In this document: positions 8,669 through 19,732 of the stretch, one piece after another
Position numbering within the stretch: position 1 is the stretch's first letter
How the letters are laid out: the number at the start of each line of letters is the position of its first letter
DNA from: Candidatus Omnitrophota bacterium
Lineage (GTDB): Bacteria > Omnitrophota > Omnitrophia > Omnitrophales > Aquincolibacteriaceae
Reading direction: 5' to 3'
Assembly: GCA_043803685.1 (NCBI GenBank)
Contig: JAZDJU010000037.1
Location: forward strand, 1-64,000
Length of the DNA: 64,000 bases
Notes under the pieces: generated by a model
Database searches by the model: none
The model's input: only the letters and a program-made list of their open reading frames with translations
Told to the model about the DNA's origin: nothing
Program-made: the position numbers and the translations under genes

Positions 8669-9748
8669 CTAAGAGAGAACGGCTTTACGAAGGAGCACCA
8701 TCCCGATCGCGATCAGGATGACATTCGGAAGCCAAAGACTGATCACGGGCGGCAATCCCCCGCGCGACGCGAGCGTCTGGGCTATCGCAAAAAGAATATA
8801 ATAGACGCAAGTCGCGGCCATCGAGATCCCAAAGCTGATCACGACCTCGCCACGCTTGACGATCGATGCGATCGGAATACCGAGAAACACGAACACCAAA
8901 GATCCGAAAGCGAATGCGATCCTCTGATGGAAAACCGCCCAGAGGGCGCGGCGCTCCTTCTTGTCGGTCTTCTCAGAAACATCCACCAGGATCTCGGCCA
9001 AGGTCATGTCTTTTTTCTTTTTATTCATATTTTCTATTTCTTTTTCATCCAGCGTCGGAAATTTGTAGGTCTTGAACTGGACGGACTGGATCCCTTTGTC
9101 TTGCGATTCCGAAACGCTTCCGTTGAAGAGATGGACCTCCAGATGTCCGGTCTTTGGATCCATTACGATCTTGCCGCTTTCCGCAACGATCGTCCTCACG
9201 GGGTTATCGGAATCCACACCTTCATGGGCAACAATATCCTTCATTTCGCCGCCCTCAACGCGTTTGGTGAGAAAAAGAATGCTAGGACTGATCCTCACAA
9301 AACGGCCCGCCTCGATCAACGCCATCGGATGCTGCATGATCATTTTCTTGGTCGCGCGACGCATTTCAAAACGGGCCATCGGCCCGACCTGGTCATTAAA
9401 AACGAACATCAAAATGCTCAGGGCGAATCCCAAAATAAGCGGCGGCATCATGAACTTGAGTGGATGAACCCCGGAAGCTTTCATGGCGCGGAATTCGTTG
9501 TGCTGGGAAAAGCTTCCGAATACGATCAGAACTCCCGTGAGGAGGCTCATGGGCGCGGTATAGCTGATGATCGACGGAATAATAAGCAGCATCACGTAAA
9601 GCGTCTGGGTGAAAGGGACCCCACGACCGATGATCATGTCCGCCGCCTTCACAAGATACCCTGCCATAAAAATAAAACTAAGAACCGTAAAGCAGAGAAG
9701 ACACGGCAAAAGAAGCTCTTTCAGAACATAGCGTTGGAGAATCTTCAT
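8669..9748 (-). CDS. LptF/LptG family LPS export permease
   Basis: MKILQRYVLKE, PMSLL, HNEFRAMKASG, and C-terminal WLPN; 3+3 TM layout. Confidence 0.92.
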   Translation of the reverse strand: MKILQRYVLKELLLPCLLCFTVLSFIFMAGYLVKAADMIIGRGVPFTQTLYVMLLIIPSIISYTAPMSLLTGVLIVFGSFSQHNEFRAMKASGVHPLKFMMPPLILGFALSILMFVFNDQVGPMARFEMRRATKKMIMQHPMALIEAGRFVRISPSILFLTKRVEGGEMKDIVAHEGVDSDNPVRTIVAESGKIVMDPKTGHLEVHLFNGSVSESQDKGIQSVQFKTYKFPTLDEKEIENMNKKKKDMTLAEILVDVSEKTDKKERRALWAVFHQRIAFAFGSLVFVFLGIPIASIVKRGEVVISFGISMAATCVYYILFAIAQTLASRGGLPPVISLWLPNVILIAIGMVLLRKAVLS

Positions 9749-9857
9749 TAGGCTCTTTCTCAGAGGTTAGGAACTCACAGCAGGGTGTATCCTAGCCCCA
9801 ATTGTTATCAATTTCAACAAAGTTGAAAAAACACGCCCCGGCCCTGAACGGCTCGAA

Positions 9858-11069
9858 CTAATCTGGGGCGTATATCGAAAATCCAGAAGAACGTAAAATG
9901 CGCATGAACTCTTTGGCATCGACAAAGCCATCGATGCGAGAGCTTTGCACTTCCGAACCTTTTTCATCCAGGAAAATGATCGTTGGCACGCCAAACACAT
10001 CGAACCGGCGCGTCACATCACGGATCTCTTCCGTATCCGCGGAAGTGGCATCCACCTTGATCTTGCGAAAAGACTTCAGAGCGGCGGCGACCTTCGGGTC
10101 CGAATAGGTGAACTGATCGAGCTCATGGCAAGGAATGCACCAATCCGCGTAAAAATCAAGGATGACAGGCTGTCCGGCGGAGCTCGCTTCTTCAAGAATG
10201 CCGGCGCGGTATTTCTCCCAGGCCATCCCGTTCTTGGGCGCGAAAAAAAAGAAAACCCCGATCGCCACAGCGATCGCCCCCAGGGTCCATTGGAGCGCAA
10301 AGGATTTTTTCGAAAGACGGGCGGAGCGCTCGATCCATCCGAGGTAAACACCGCCCGCCACGAACGCTCCCGGCACGATCCAGGGAAGGAACGGCCATTG
10401 GAAAGCGATGACCACATAAAATATCCCGAACGTCAAAAGCACCACACCCATCAGGCGTTCAAACCAGACAAGCCATGTCCCTGACTTCGGTAATTTTGAA
10501 AGCAATCCGGAGTAGGTCCCAAGCACAAGATACGGGGCTCCGAGTCCCAGTGCCATGACGAAAAAAAGCGAGAAACCGAACACCATGTTTTGCTGCGCGC
10601 TTACAAAAGTCAAGAGCGCCAGCACCGCGGGCCCCATGCACGGAGCGGCAACCACTCCCACCAGAAGGCCGGAAATATAAAAACTGAAAAAAGCGCCCTG
10701 CCCCGCTCCCGGACGAGACGACGGCATCAACCACCCGGGAAGACGGAACTGATAGAGCCCCAACATGCTGAAGGCAAGACCGATCACGAACGCTCCGGCC
10801 GCAAGTTGCACCCAAAAATTACGAAGCCACGCGCCAAAAAAACTTCCGGTCATGGCCGCCACGAGCCCGAGAACACTGTACATGGTCACGATACCCAGGA
10901 CATAGGCCAGGGCCTTCATGAACGAACTCCCGCGCGATCCCTCTTCTGATCTCCTGAAAAGCGAGATCGTGATCGAAAGCATCGGATAGACACACGGCGT
11001 CAGATTCAGGCCGAGCCCGAGAAAGAACACGCTTATAAAGATGAACGGCGAATGGCTAAGTTCGGTCAT
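9858..11069 (-). CDS. DsbD/CcdA-type thiol:disulfide interchange protein (TM + thioredoxin domains)
   Basis: LTPCVYPM and APCMGP in the TM domain, LPKSGTW, and thioredoxin DFYADWCIPC. Confidence 0.92.
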   Translation of the reverse strand: MTELSHSPFIFISVFFLGLGLNLTPCVYPMLSITISLFRRSEEGSRGSSFMKALAYVLGIVTMYSVLGLVAAMTGSFFGAWLRNFWVQLAAGAFVIGLAFSMLGLYQFRLPGWLMPSSRPGAGQGAFFSFYISGLLVGVVAAPCMGPAVLALLTFVSAQQNMVFGFSLFFVMALGLGAPYLVLGTYSGLLSKLPKSGTWLVWFERLMGVVLLTFGIFYVVIAFQWPFLPWIVPGAFVAGGVYLGWIERSARLSKKSFALQWTLGAIAVAIGVFFFFAPKNGMAWEKYRAGILEEASSAGQPVILDFYADWCIPCHELDQFTYSDPKVAAALKSFRKIKVDATSADTEEIRDVTRRFDVFGVPTIIFLDEKGSEVQSSRIDGFVDAKEFMRILRSSGFSIYAPD

Positions 11070-11089
11070 TGTTTCACTTTAGGGACAAC

Positions 11090-11158
11090 GGAGGGTGGAA
11101 GGAGGATGGAGCTCCGTTTTGGGCTTTCAATTTTCCTCCATCCTCCATCCACCATCCA
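11090..11158. repeat. Heptad-based intergenic palindrome
   Basis: ggtggaa ggaggat ggag ... ctccatc ctccatc caccatc c. Confidence 0.65.
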
Positions 11159-11163
11159 TTTTT

Positions 11164-11778
11164 TTAAAAAAGACTCGTTGGAAAATCTGCCTGGCCCGCA
11201 CTCTTCTTTTTCAGGAATTCTCCGGTTGCTTGTTTCCAACTCACCGGGATCTCATAGGTCTTGAAATCCCAGGTCGATGTAAAATAGATCTTTCCCTCGC
11301 GGCAACCGTACTCATAGACATTCTTTGTCAGTCGCACGTCATCCAGGCAATACTTCTTAAGCTCCTCCATGCGGCCCTCTTTGAAAAGCACCAGGGCTTC
11401 CGCTCCGTCCCCGGACTTCCCTTCTTTGACCGTTGCCCGAGCCACACTATCGAGGCTGGCTCGATGCCCGCGCGCCGTTTCGATAGCATCAAGAAGATCC
11501 AGTACCGGGAATTGATCGACCGGTTTAAAAAGATACGGCTGCAACACCTGCATATCGAAGCGCCGGATATTAAAACCGATCAGAAGGTCCGCGGCCCGGA
11601 GTCTCTGTTCGAATTTCACCATATCCTTTTCTTCGTAAGACGCGTAGGCGTCCGTCAAATAGTCGTACGTGCAAACCACCGAGACTTTGAGTTTCGAAAG
11701 GCTCAAGGCTTTTGATTTCCCGACTTCCTTGAACGATTTCTGCGTCTCAACATCGAGAACAATGATATTTTTTGACAT
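11164..11778 (-). CDS. DEDD / RNase H-like 3'-5' exonuclease domain protein
   Basis: VLDVET (ExoI), IGFNIRRFD (ExoII), YCLDDV (ExoIII). Confidence 0.88.
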   Translation of the reverse strand: MSKNIIVLDVETQKSFKEVGKSKALSLSKLKVSVVCTYDYLTDAYASYEEKDMVKFEQRLRAADLLIGFNIRRFDMQVLQPYLFKPVDQFPVLDLLDAIETARGHRASLDSVARATVKEGKSGDGAEALVLFKEGRMEELKKYCLDDVRLTKNVYEYGCREGKIYFTSTWDFKTYEIPVSWKQATGEFLKKKSAGQADFPTSLF

Positions 11779-11912
11779 TAATTCGCCGTTTCTTTTATTT
11801 TTTCAATTTGCACATGAACGCGAATGGTTGATACGGCAGCCATGATAAGAGCATAACGCGCCTTCTCAACAGAAAAAGTCCCGAATAATATTTTCTTTAA
11901 TGCCCCGTTCAT
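11778..11912 (-). CDS. Possible 44-aa small ORF coupled to the exonuclease
   Basis: MNGALKKILFGTFSVEKARYALIMAAVSTIRVHVQIEKIKETAN*. Its TAA overlaps the exonuclease ATG (TAATG). Confidence 0.3.
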   Translation of the reverse strand: MNGALKKILFGTFSVEKARYALIMAAVSTIRVHVQIEKIKETAN

Positions 11913-11953
11913 TTTCTTCTCGTGTTCCTGCCTGAGTCTATAGTCTTTTGTCG

Positions 11954-12682
11954 TCAGTCTAAAATGAGTTCCTTCAAATCGCGGATCACGTTCACGAAAT
12001 CCTGATGGTCTTTTGTCAAAGTCGCGTGCCGGTCCGAACGGTCAAGCCAAATCGCTTTGATCCCCGCCAAATGCGCGCCGCGGACATCGTCTTCCAGGCT
12101 GTCACCCACGTGAACCACATCCGTTCCCGGAACTTGGGCCTGCCTTAAAGCTTCTTGAAAGATCCTCGGATCGGGCTTTGCCGCCCCAAAGACCGACGAA
12201 ATGACCTTGAAATCAAAATAGGCGTCAATCCCAAGTCCTTTGCAAAGCCTCAAAAGACGACTGTCCCAATTGGAAACCATGCCAAGAATGAATTTCTTTT
12301 CTTTAAGCGACCGGAGCACTTCTTCGGCCTCCGGATAAAGTTTCCAAACGCCGGGCTCGGCAAAAAGATTATGGAGCTCATCAAAAAAGGGATCAAAAGC
12401 CTTGAGCCCTTGGAAGTCCTCGAAGACCGCCGTCACGATCTTGCGCCAGAATTCCTTCTCCACCTTCTCATCCGAATGACTCCGGAGATCCCCGATCTTG
12501 TCATGCTGGCTCCAAACCCGGCGGAACGCGGCCTCAATTTCATCGGCTCCGACCTGACAGCCGTGCCGCGACGCGACGATGCTGTAATGATACCCTATGG
12601 ACGGGAACGGACGAAAGAGAGTTCCTCCGGCGTCAAAAAAGATCGCCCGGGTCCCCGAAGGGATCTTACCGGTTCTAGCCAT
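11954..12682 (-). CDS. HAD-IA family hydrolase
   Basis: FFDAGGTL, VSNWDSRL, KPDPRIF, HVGDSLEDD. GGAGGAG SD before the ATG at 12682. Confidence 0.92.
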   Translation of the reverse strand: MARTGKIPSGTRAIFFDAGGTLFRPFPSIGYHYSIVASRHGCQVGADEIEAAFRRVWSQHDKIGDLRSHSDEKVEKEFWRKIVTAVFEDFQGLKAFDPFFDELHNLFAEPGVWKLYPEAEEVLRSLKEKKFILGMVSNWDSRLLRLCKGLGIDAYFDFKVISSVFGAAKPDPRIFQEALRQAQVPGTDVVHVGDSLEDDVRGAHLAGIKAIWLDRSDRHATLTKDHQDFVNVIRDLKELILD

Positions 12683-13493
12683 TCGTGTCTCCTCCGCCGC
12701 CAAATTTCGACATCAGCGCCTGTCCCAACGCGGGAAGGGCCTGCGCAATGCCGCCCTCGCCTTGCTCATTGGGATCCCTCCCCATCGCCGCCGCCATCTG
12801 CGGGTTTGTGGAAAAAGCATTTCCCATGGAAGGCATGCCGAGCGAGGATCCACCTCCCTTTTCCGGAGCCTTGCGCTTGGCATCCACCCCCTGAAGGGCT
12901 TCTTGAATGTCCGGATTCTCGTAATCAAATTCGCGGGCCTTGAGATAAGCCTCTTTGGCTTCCTCGAAAAACCCTTGTTCCTCGTAGACCGACCCGATCT
13001 GGAGCCACGAAGCACATAAAAGGTACGTGTCCTTTCCCGGATCACAAAGCCGGATCGCTTTTCTGAGTTCTTCGCGCGCGCGTTCCATCCGGCCAAGCCT
13101 TTTGTAAACGACCCCGAGGTTGTAGTGCGCGATCTTATCCTCCGGACGGATCATCAGGACCTTGTCGAGAGCATCACGGCTTTTCGCGATCCACTCGAGC
13201 GACTGACTCCCCTTTTGAGTACGTGTCCGGTCAAAAAGCGTGGCGTAAACTGTCGACAACTGGTAGTAGAGGTCCGCGTTGCCGGGCTCCAGGCCCAACT
13301 TCGACCGGAGCTTCCGCTCCATACCAATGAGCTCTACGTCGGTCTTGGCGGAAAAATCCTCGCGCATCGGATCCTGCGTCGCCATGGGATCATCCGCCTC
13401 TTCATCTTCGTAGGCGCTAACCGACGGAGTCAAGAGAGGAAAAGCCAGGAGGACCCACAAAAATATAAAAACACACCCGACGCCGATCTTCAT
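12675..13493 (-). CDS. Exported TPR-repeat protein
   Basis: Signal peptide and TPR motifs (AHYNLGVVY, WLQIGSVYEEQG); start could be as far up as 13547. Confidence 0.85.
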   Translation of the reverse strand: MKIGVGCVFIFLWVLLAFPLLTPSVSAYEDEEADDPMATQDPMREDFSAKTDVELIGMERKLRSKLGLEPGNADLYYQLSTVYATLFDRTRTQKGSQSLEWIAKSRDALDKVLMIRPEDKIAHYNLGVVYKRLGRMERAREELRKAIRLCDPGKDTYLLCASWLQIGSVYEEQGFFEEAKEAYLKAREFDYENPDIQEALQGVDAKRKAPEKGGGSSLGMPSMGNAFSTNPQMAAAMGRDPNEQGEGGIAQALPALGQALMSKFGGGGDTNG

Positions 13494-13524
13494 CTGTTCT
13501 GTGAGACGAATCTGCGATCCGATT

Positions 13525-13890
13525 TTAGCGACCACGGAAATTCTCAAGCCCCGCAGGCGGGCCGGAAAGCTTGACCCGCGCGATGCGGCGGATCAGCAGG
13601 CGGTGTTTTTCTCCTTCCACGTAATCGATGTTCACAACTTGTCCGGCGCGAAACTCCTGGAGTCTGGCCACACCGCTCAGGCCCGTTTGTCCGTCGACAT
13701 AAAAGGTGAGATGTTGGATCTCTTCGGTCGCGGGATGCCGAAAATCGACTTCGATATTCGAACCGTTTTCTGCCACTTTCGCCACATGGGCTGAAAGTGT
13801 TTTCATCACCGGTTCTGCTGCCTCAAGGCGAAGGGAAAACGCCAGAAGCAAGAAAAGGAAAAAGAGAGAATGCCCGGCACATCGGAACAT
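13525..13890 (-). CDS. Small exported beta-rich (OB-like) hypothetical protein
   Basis: Signal peptide MFRCAGHSLFFLFLLLAFSLRLEA followed by beta-strand-like sequence ending GQVVNIDY. The upstream part of the track ORF overlaps tpx and a repeat. Confidence 0.7.
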   Translation of the reverse strand: MFRCAGHSLFFLFLLLAFSLRLEAAEPVMKTLSAHVAKVAENGSNIEVDFRHPATEEIQHLTFYVDGQTGLSGVARLQEFRAGQVVNIDYVEGEKHRLLIRRIARVKLSGPPAGLENFRGR

Positions 13891-13905
13891 TAGTTTTAAC
13901 AGGTT

Positions 13906-13997
13906 GTCATCCTCCGGCTTGACCGGAGCATCCGTGGATTCCCGCTTTTTCGCCAAAGGACGGATTCGTCCAACGCCTTGTGGCGAACGCGGGAATG
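13906..13997. repeat. GTCAT...ATGA-type palindromic element with a nested palindrome
   Basis: GTCATCCTCCGG-cttga-CCGGAGCATCC...GGATTCCCGC-[TTCGCCAAAGG...CCTTGTGGCGAA]-CGCGGGAATGA. Confidence 0.7.
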
Positions 13998-14017
13998 AAA
14001 AAACCCGCAACAAAGCA

Positions 14018-14536
14018 CTAGACACGCGCTTTAATCGACCCGAGGACTTTTCCATAATCCGGATGCTCGGTGATCTCTTTGACGTATTCGACATACTGCA
14101 CTCTGTCATCCGGCCCGGTCACAAAAACGGCGCGCGAAAGAAGCGCGAGCTCCTTGATCAGCACACCATAAGCTTTTCCGAAGGCGTGCTCCTGATAGTC
14201 AGAGAGCATCTGGACCTTATCGGCGCCCGCAAGACCACACCACCTTGCTTGAGCGAACGGAAGGTCCATACTGACCGTGATCACGGCGACATCGGCCGGC
14301 AACTTCGAAGCTTCCTGGTTGAATCGCTTCGTCTGAAGATCGCAAACGGCGGTGTCGATCGAAGGCACCACGCTGATCATCCGGGTCTTCCCTTTGGAAT
14401 CGGCCAAGGTCACGGGCTTCAAACCTGTGTCGATCAATTTAAAATCGGGCGCTTTGTCGCCCACTTTAAGTTCAGGCCCAACCAACGTCAGCGGTCCACC
14501 TTTAAAAGTGACCACGTTCTTTCGCTCTTGCGTCAT
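14018..14536 (-). CDS. tpx: Thiol peroxidase (atypical 2-Cys peroxiredoxin)
   Basis: VVPSIDTAVC..QTKRFN, SMDLPFAQARWC, LLSRAVFV, HPDY. Confidence 0.95.
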   Translation of the reverse strand: MTQERKNVVTFKGGPLTLVGPELKVGDKAPDFKLIDTGLKPVTLADSKGKTRMISVVPSIDTAVCDLQTKRFNQEASKLPADVAVITVSMDLPFAQARWCGLAGADKVQMLSDYQEHAFGKAYGVLIKELALLSRAVFVTGPDDRVQYVEYVKEITEHPDYGKVLGSIKARV

Positions 14537-14560
14537 AGGATTCTCCTTTGTTAATAGGGC

Positions 14561-14932
14561 CTAAGAATTCTTTTTGCGGGGCTTTGAGTAATCAACAGAA
14601 ATAACCGTGTGGATGCCCCCGCGCACAAAAAAATCCGCTTCGATCGACATCTGCCGGGGCTTGACCGCCTTGACGAGGTCATCCAGGATCTTATTCGTGA
14701 CCGCTTCGTGGAATGCACCCTCGTTCCGGTAACTCCAGAGATAGAGTTTAAGGCTCTTCAACTCCACGCAGAACTCGTCGGGGATATAACGGATGTGGAT
14801 CGTCGCGAAATCCGGCTGTCCGGTCTTCGGACACAGGCACGTAAATTCCGGACAGTCCATTTCGATCGTGTAATCCCGGCGTGGATAAGGATTTTTAAAA
14901 ATCTCGAGATCTTTTGCGGGTCGTGTCGCCAT
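14561..14932 (-). CDS. queF: 7-cyano-7-deazaguanine reductase (preQ1 synthase)
   Basis: [33 protein letters not shown]. Confidence 0.96.
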   Translation of the reverse strand: MATRPAKDLEIFKNPYPRRDYTIEMDCPEFTCLCPKTGQPDFATIHIRYIPDEFCVELKSLKLYLWSYRNEGAFHEAVTNKILDDLVKAVKPRQMSIEADFFVRGGIHTVISVDYSKPRKKNS

Positions 14933-15037
14933 TTCGCTCCCTCGTTCTAAGGTCAAAGTGCTCGATGCTGTGGGGACGGATTATATCAAAAATAAGGAGG
15001 GCCGACATGGATTTACTGCCGCCTGGAGCTGTGCTTT

Positions 15038-15631
15038 TTACTTCGTAATAACGAAGATGGCGTTCTGGGCGAAGATGTTGGGAAGAACGCGGACCGCGCC
15101 CTGAGAGTCGAGGAAATACGAGGCCAGGACCTTATACCCCTTGGCCCGGCAGAAGGACCTGAAATCCTTGATCGAAAGAAACCGCAGGTTTGGCGTGCTG
15201 TACCACTCGTAGGGTAGCGAAGAAACAATGGGTGCCCGGCCACTGACGAACATCCGGATGCGCGCTTCGAGATGCGCGAAATTCGAAAAGCCAATGATGA
15301 CCTTTTTCCCCACGCGAAACGATTCCGAGATCACCGTTTCGACCTTCTTCACTTCCTGCAAACTCTGGTTCAGGATCACGTAATCGAACGATTGGTCAGG
15401 GTAGTAAGGAAGCCCGCTGTCGACATCGCTATGGAAAACACTCAGACCTTTCTCAACGCAGGCGTGGATCGCGGCATCACTAAGCTCCACCCCCTGGACC
15501 TTCGCCTGCCGCTCCGAGGCGAGAAGCGCGAGCAGTTCCCCATTCCCACAGCCAAGGTCCAGGACCTTGGAACCCGGTTCCACGATCCCGCAGATCAGCT
15601 GATGGTCTAAACGCTTCACAGTCGATTTCAT
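15038..15631 (-). CDS. metW: Methionine biosynthesis protein MetW
   Basis: VLDLGCGNGELL, FDYVILNQSLQ, LPYEWYSTPNL; adjacent to metX. Confidence 0.93.
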   Translation of the reverse strand: MKSTVKRLDHQLICGIVEPGSKVLDLGCGNGELLALLASERQAKVQGVELSDAAIHACVEKGLSVFHSDVDSGLPYYPDQSFDYVILNQSLQEVKKVETVISESFRVGKKVIIGFSNFAHLEARIRMFVSGRAPIVSSLPYEWYSTPNLRFLSIKDFRSFCRAKGYKVLASYFLDSQGAVRVLPNIFAQNAIFVITK

Positions 15632-15640
15632 AGAATTGAA

Positions 15641-15669
15641 ATAGTATTCCTCTACCGATCTATTTTCAA
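15641..15669 (-). promoter_or_regulatory. Putative sigma70 promoter, near-leaderless metW
   Basis: TTGAAA-17 nt-TACTAT ending 9 nt before the ATG; no SD visible. Confidence 0.45.
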
Positions 15670-15687
15670 GAAAAACAACAGAACAGC

Positions 15688-15726
15688 AAGAGGGGACAGG
15701 CAGTTACTGAATGCCTGTCCCCTCTT
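15688..15726. repeat. REP-like palindrome, GGGACAG family, copy 2 (possible terminator after metX)
   Basis: AAGAGGGGACAGGCA-gttactgaa-TGCCTGTCCCCTCTT. The loop is close to the reverse complement of the copy-1 centre. Confidence 0.8.
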
Positions 15727-15744
15727 AAAACTCGGGAAAAGAAG

Positions 15745-16860
15745 TTATTTTCTCTTGGTGAGGAAGTGTTTGATGAGATGCGACTGTTTTTCAGCTTCGC
15801 CCTCGATCAAAAAGGAGTCATGGCCGTATTCCGCATCGATCTCGCAATAGGTCGCATCGATCTGGCGCATCTGAAGCTGTTTGACCGTCTCCTGCGACTG
15901 GACAGAAGGATAAAGCCAATCAGACTTGAAGGCGATCACAAGGAACCGCACGCCGGGAAGACCCTTTTCGGGGATCCACTTAGCGTCGGAAAGATCAAAA
16001 TAATCCATCGCCTTGGTGATGTAGAGGTACGTATTCGCGTCAAAGCGCTTCACAAAACTCATGCCGCGATACCGGAGATAACCCTCCACCTCAAAATCGG
16101 CGGAAAATTTAAAACCGGTGTGGTCATCTTTGAGCCGCCGGGAGAACTTCTTCTCCATGGAGTCGTTGCTCATGTAGGTGATGTGCCCCAGCATCCGCGC
16201 GACCGCCAGTCCCTTCTCGGGAAGAGCCCCGCCATAATAGTTCCCGTTGTTCCACGCCGGATCCGCCATGATGGCTTGCCGGCCTACCTCATTAAAAGCG
16301 ATCTGCTGCGGGGAGTGCTTCAAGGTCGCGGCGATCGGGATCACACATTCCACAGAATCCGGAAAAGCGGCGACCCACTGCAAGGCCAGCATCCCCCCCA
16401 TGGAACCGCCGATCACGCCATGAAGTTTACTGATCCCGAGATGGTCGATCAGGACCTTTTGGGTCCGGACCATATCACCAATCGTGATAATGGGGAAATC
16501 CAGAGCGTAAGGTTTGCCGGTTGCCGGGTTCACCGAGGAGGGCCCGGTACTTCCTTTGCAACCGCCGATCACATTAATGCAGATCACAAAATACTTATCG
16601 GTGTCGAGCGCTTTGCCCGGACCGATCATAAAATCCCACCAGGCCGCATCCTGATCCCCTGTCACGGGACCCGCCACATGCGCATTCCCGGAAAAGGCGT
16701 GCATGACAAGGATCGCGTTCGATTGGTCCGTGTTCAGCTGTCCATAAGTTTCATAGGCTAGCGTAATGGGCCCAAGCACACGTCCGGATTCGAGCTTGAA
16801 TCCTTCCTTTTCCGCAAACGTGAAATACTTCGGCTCACTAGCGCCCATGTTTTTTTTCAT
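15745..16860 (-). CDS. metX: Homoserine O-acetyltransferase
   Basis: YETYG, HAFSG, GGSMGG nucleophile, RFDAN, SDWLYP, YGHDSFL. Confidence 0.95.
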   Translation of the reverse strand: MKKNMGASEPKYFTFAEKEGFKLESGRVLGPITLAYETYGQLNTDQSNAILVMHAFSGNAHVAGPVTGDQDAAWWDFMIGPGKALDTDKYFVICINVIGGCKGSTGPSSVNPATGKPYALDFPIITIGDMVRTQKVLIDHLGISKLHGVIGGSMGGMLALQWVAAFPDSVECVIPIAATLKHSPQQIAFNEVGRQAIMADPAWNNGNYYGGALPEKGLAVARMLGHITYMSNDSMEKKFSRRLKDDHTGFKFSADFEVEGYLRYRGMSFVKRFDANTYLYITKAMDYFDLSDAKWIPEKGLPGVRFLVIAFKSDWLYPSVQSQETVKQLQMRQIDATYCEIDAEYGHDSFLIEGEAEKQSHLIKHFLTKRK

Positions 16861-16965
16861 TATCCCGACCCCTTCGCGATTGAAGTCCTTCCCGTAATAT
16901 AACGCGAATTATAGCATCGTTCCCGAACCTGCTCCAAAACTTTCCCCCACCTCGGAGCCCCGAGG

Positions 16966-17901
16966 TCAGCCCAGATATTCCTGAAAGAGCCACGTCGAGA
17001 GATAGCGCTCACCCGAGTCGCAGATCACGGTCACGATCGTCTTTCCTTTAAACTCCGGCCGCTTCGCCACTTCCAGAGAGGCCCAGACATTCGCCCCGGC
17101 GGAGATCCCCGCAAGGATCCCTTCCTGGCGCGCCAGTTGGCGAGCTACTTCCCCGGCATCCTCGTGACGGACCTGAATGATCTCGTCATAGATCTTCGTG
17201 TTTAAAACTCCCGGAATAAAACCAGCGCCGATCCCCTGGATCTTGTGAGGCCCGGGCTTCCCTCCGGAAAGAACCGCAGAATCCACCGGCTCCACCGCGA
17301 TCACTTGCACTAAAGGTCTTTTCTTCTTCAAAACTTCACCGACACCTGTCAGGGTCCCGCCGGTGCCCACCCCTGCCACAAAGGCATCCACGTTTCCATT
17401 CGTATCTTTCCAGATTTCCTCGGCAGTCGTTTTCCGGTGGATCTCGGAATTCGCGGGATTGCTGAACTGCTGGGGAATAAAACTTCCGGGGGTCGCCAGC
17501 GCGATCGCTTCGGCTTTTTCTACGGCGCCCCGCATCCCCTTCGCCCCCTCGGTCAGAACCACCTCCGCACCCAATACTTTCAAAAGTTGCCGGCGTTCCA
17601 TGCTCATGGTCTCCGGCATGGTCAGGATCAGTTTGTACCCGCGGGCTGCGGCCACAAAAGCCAGCGCGATGCCTGTGTTCCCGCTCGTGGGCTCCACGAT
17701 AATACTGCCCGGCTTGAGCTTTCCGGCCTTCTCGGCCGCTTCGACCATGGCGACACCGATCCTGTCCTTGACGCTCGAAAGGGGATTTGCCGTTTCCAGT
17801 TTCACAAGGACTGTCGCGGATAACCCCTGCGTCAAGCGGTTCAACCGCACGAGCGGCGTATGACCCACCGTTTGTGTGATATCGTCGTATATTTTAGCCA
17901 T
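16966..17901 (-). CDS. cysK: Cysteine synthase A
   Basis: [47 protein letters not shown] at 17901; the GTG at 17919 overlaps the metY stop. Confidence 0.96.
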   Translation of the reverse strand: MAKIYDDITQTVGHTPLVRLNRLTQGLSATVLVKLETANPLSSVKDRIGVAMVEAAEKAGKLKPGSIIVEPTSGNTGIALAFVAAARGYKLILTMPETMSMERRQLLKVLGAEVVLTEGAKGMRGAVEKAEAIALATPGSFIPQQFSNPANSEIHRKTTAEEIWKDTNGNVDAFVAGVGTGGTLTGVGEVLKKKRPLVQVIAVEPVDSAVLSGGKPGPHKIQGIGAGFIPGVLNTKIYDEIIQVRHEDAGEVARQLARQEGILAGISAGANVWASLEVAKRPEFKGKTIVTVICDSGERYLSTWLFQEYLG

Positions 17902-17915
17902 GGATGTTCCCTCCC

Positions 17916-19232
<1,317 letters not shown>

Positions 19233-19279
19233 TTAAATTACATTTCGCTGTTCTGAATCGTCTCTTTACGAACAGATCT

Positions 19280-19732
19280 TCAAATGAAATACATCATTTC
19301 CTGGCTCGTATTTCGCATTCGATCATGGACATCCTGGAACGATGTCAGATTAAGAATGCTCGAAGTGGTCTGATAGACCTCCCGCATGACCATTTGGATC
19401 CCGCACACACTGTCCCGTTTGCACTCCGCGCATCGGCTATCCATTTTCGCGTCCAGGCAAGGCAGTCCTTCCAATGGATTCTCAAAAATGCCGATCACTT
19501 CCCCAAAACTGATCTGGTTCGGTGAGCGCGCCAAAAGATACCCACCGCCCTTCCCTTTCTTACTCTTGAGAAATCCCTTGTTCTTGAGTTCCAGAAGGAT
19601 CGCCTCAAGGAATTTTTTGGGAATCGATTCCTTCTCCGCGATCTCGGCGATCAAAACAGGCTCTTTCGAGGCGTATTTCCGGGTCAGCATTAAAACAGCT
19701 TTGAGAGCATACTTCGCCTTATTCGATAACAT
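19280..19732 (-). CDS. Rrf2 family transcriptional regulator (sulfur/cysteine metabolism)
   Basis: YALKA, IPKKFLEAILLEL, SKKGKGGGYLL and a Cys cluster; heads the metY-cysK unit. Confidence 0.93.
   Translation of the reverse strand: MLSNKAKYALKAVLMLTRKYASKEPVLIAEIAEKESIPKKFLEAILLELKNKGFLKSKKGKGGGYLLARSPNQISFGEVIGIFENPLEGLPCLDAKMDSRCAECKRDSVCGIQMVMREVYQTTSSILNLTSFQDVHDRMRNTSQEMMYFI

Noticed and set aside
14933..15037. preQ1 riboswitch upstream of queF
   Set aside because: No matching hairpin plus A-rich tail seen; only a TATAAT box and a short leader.
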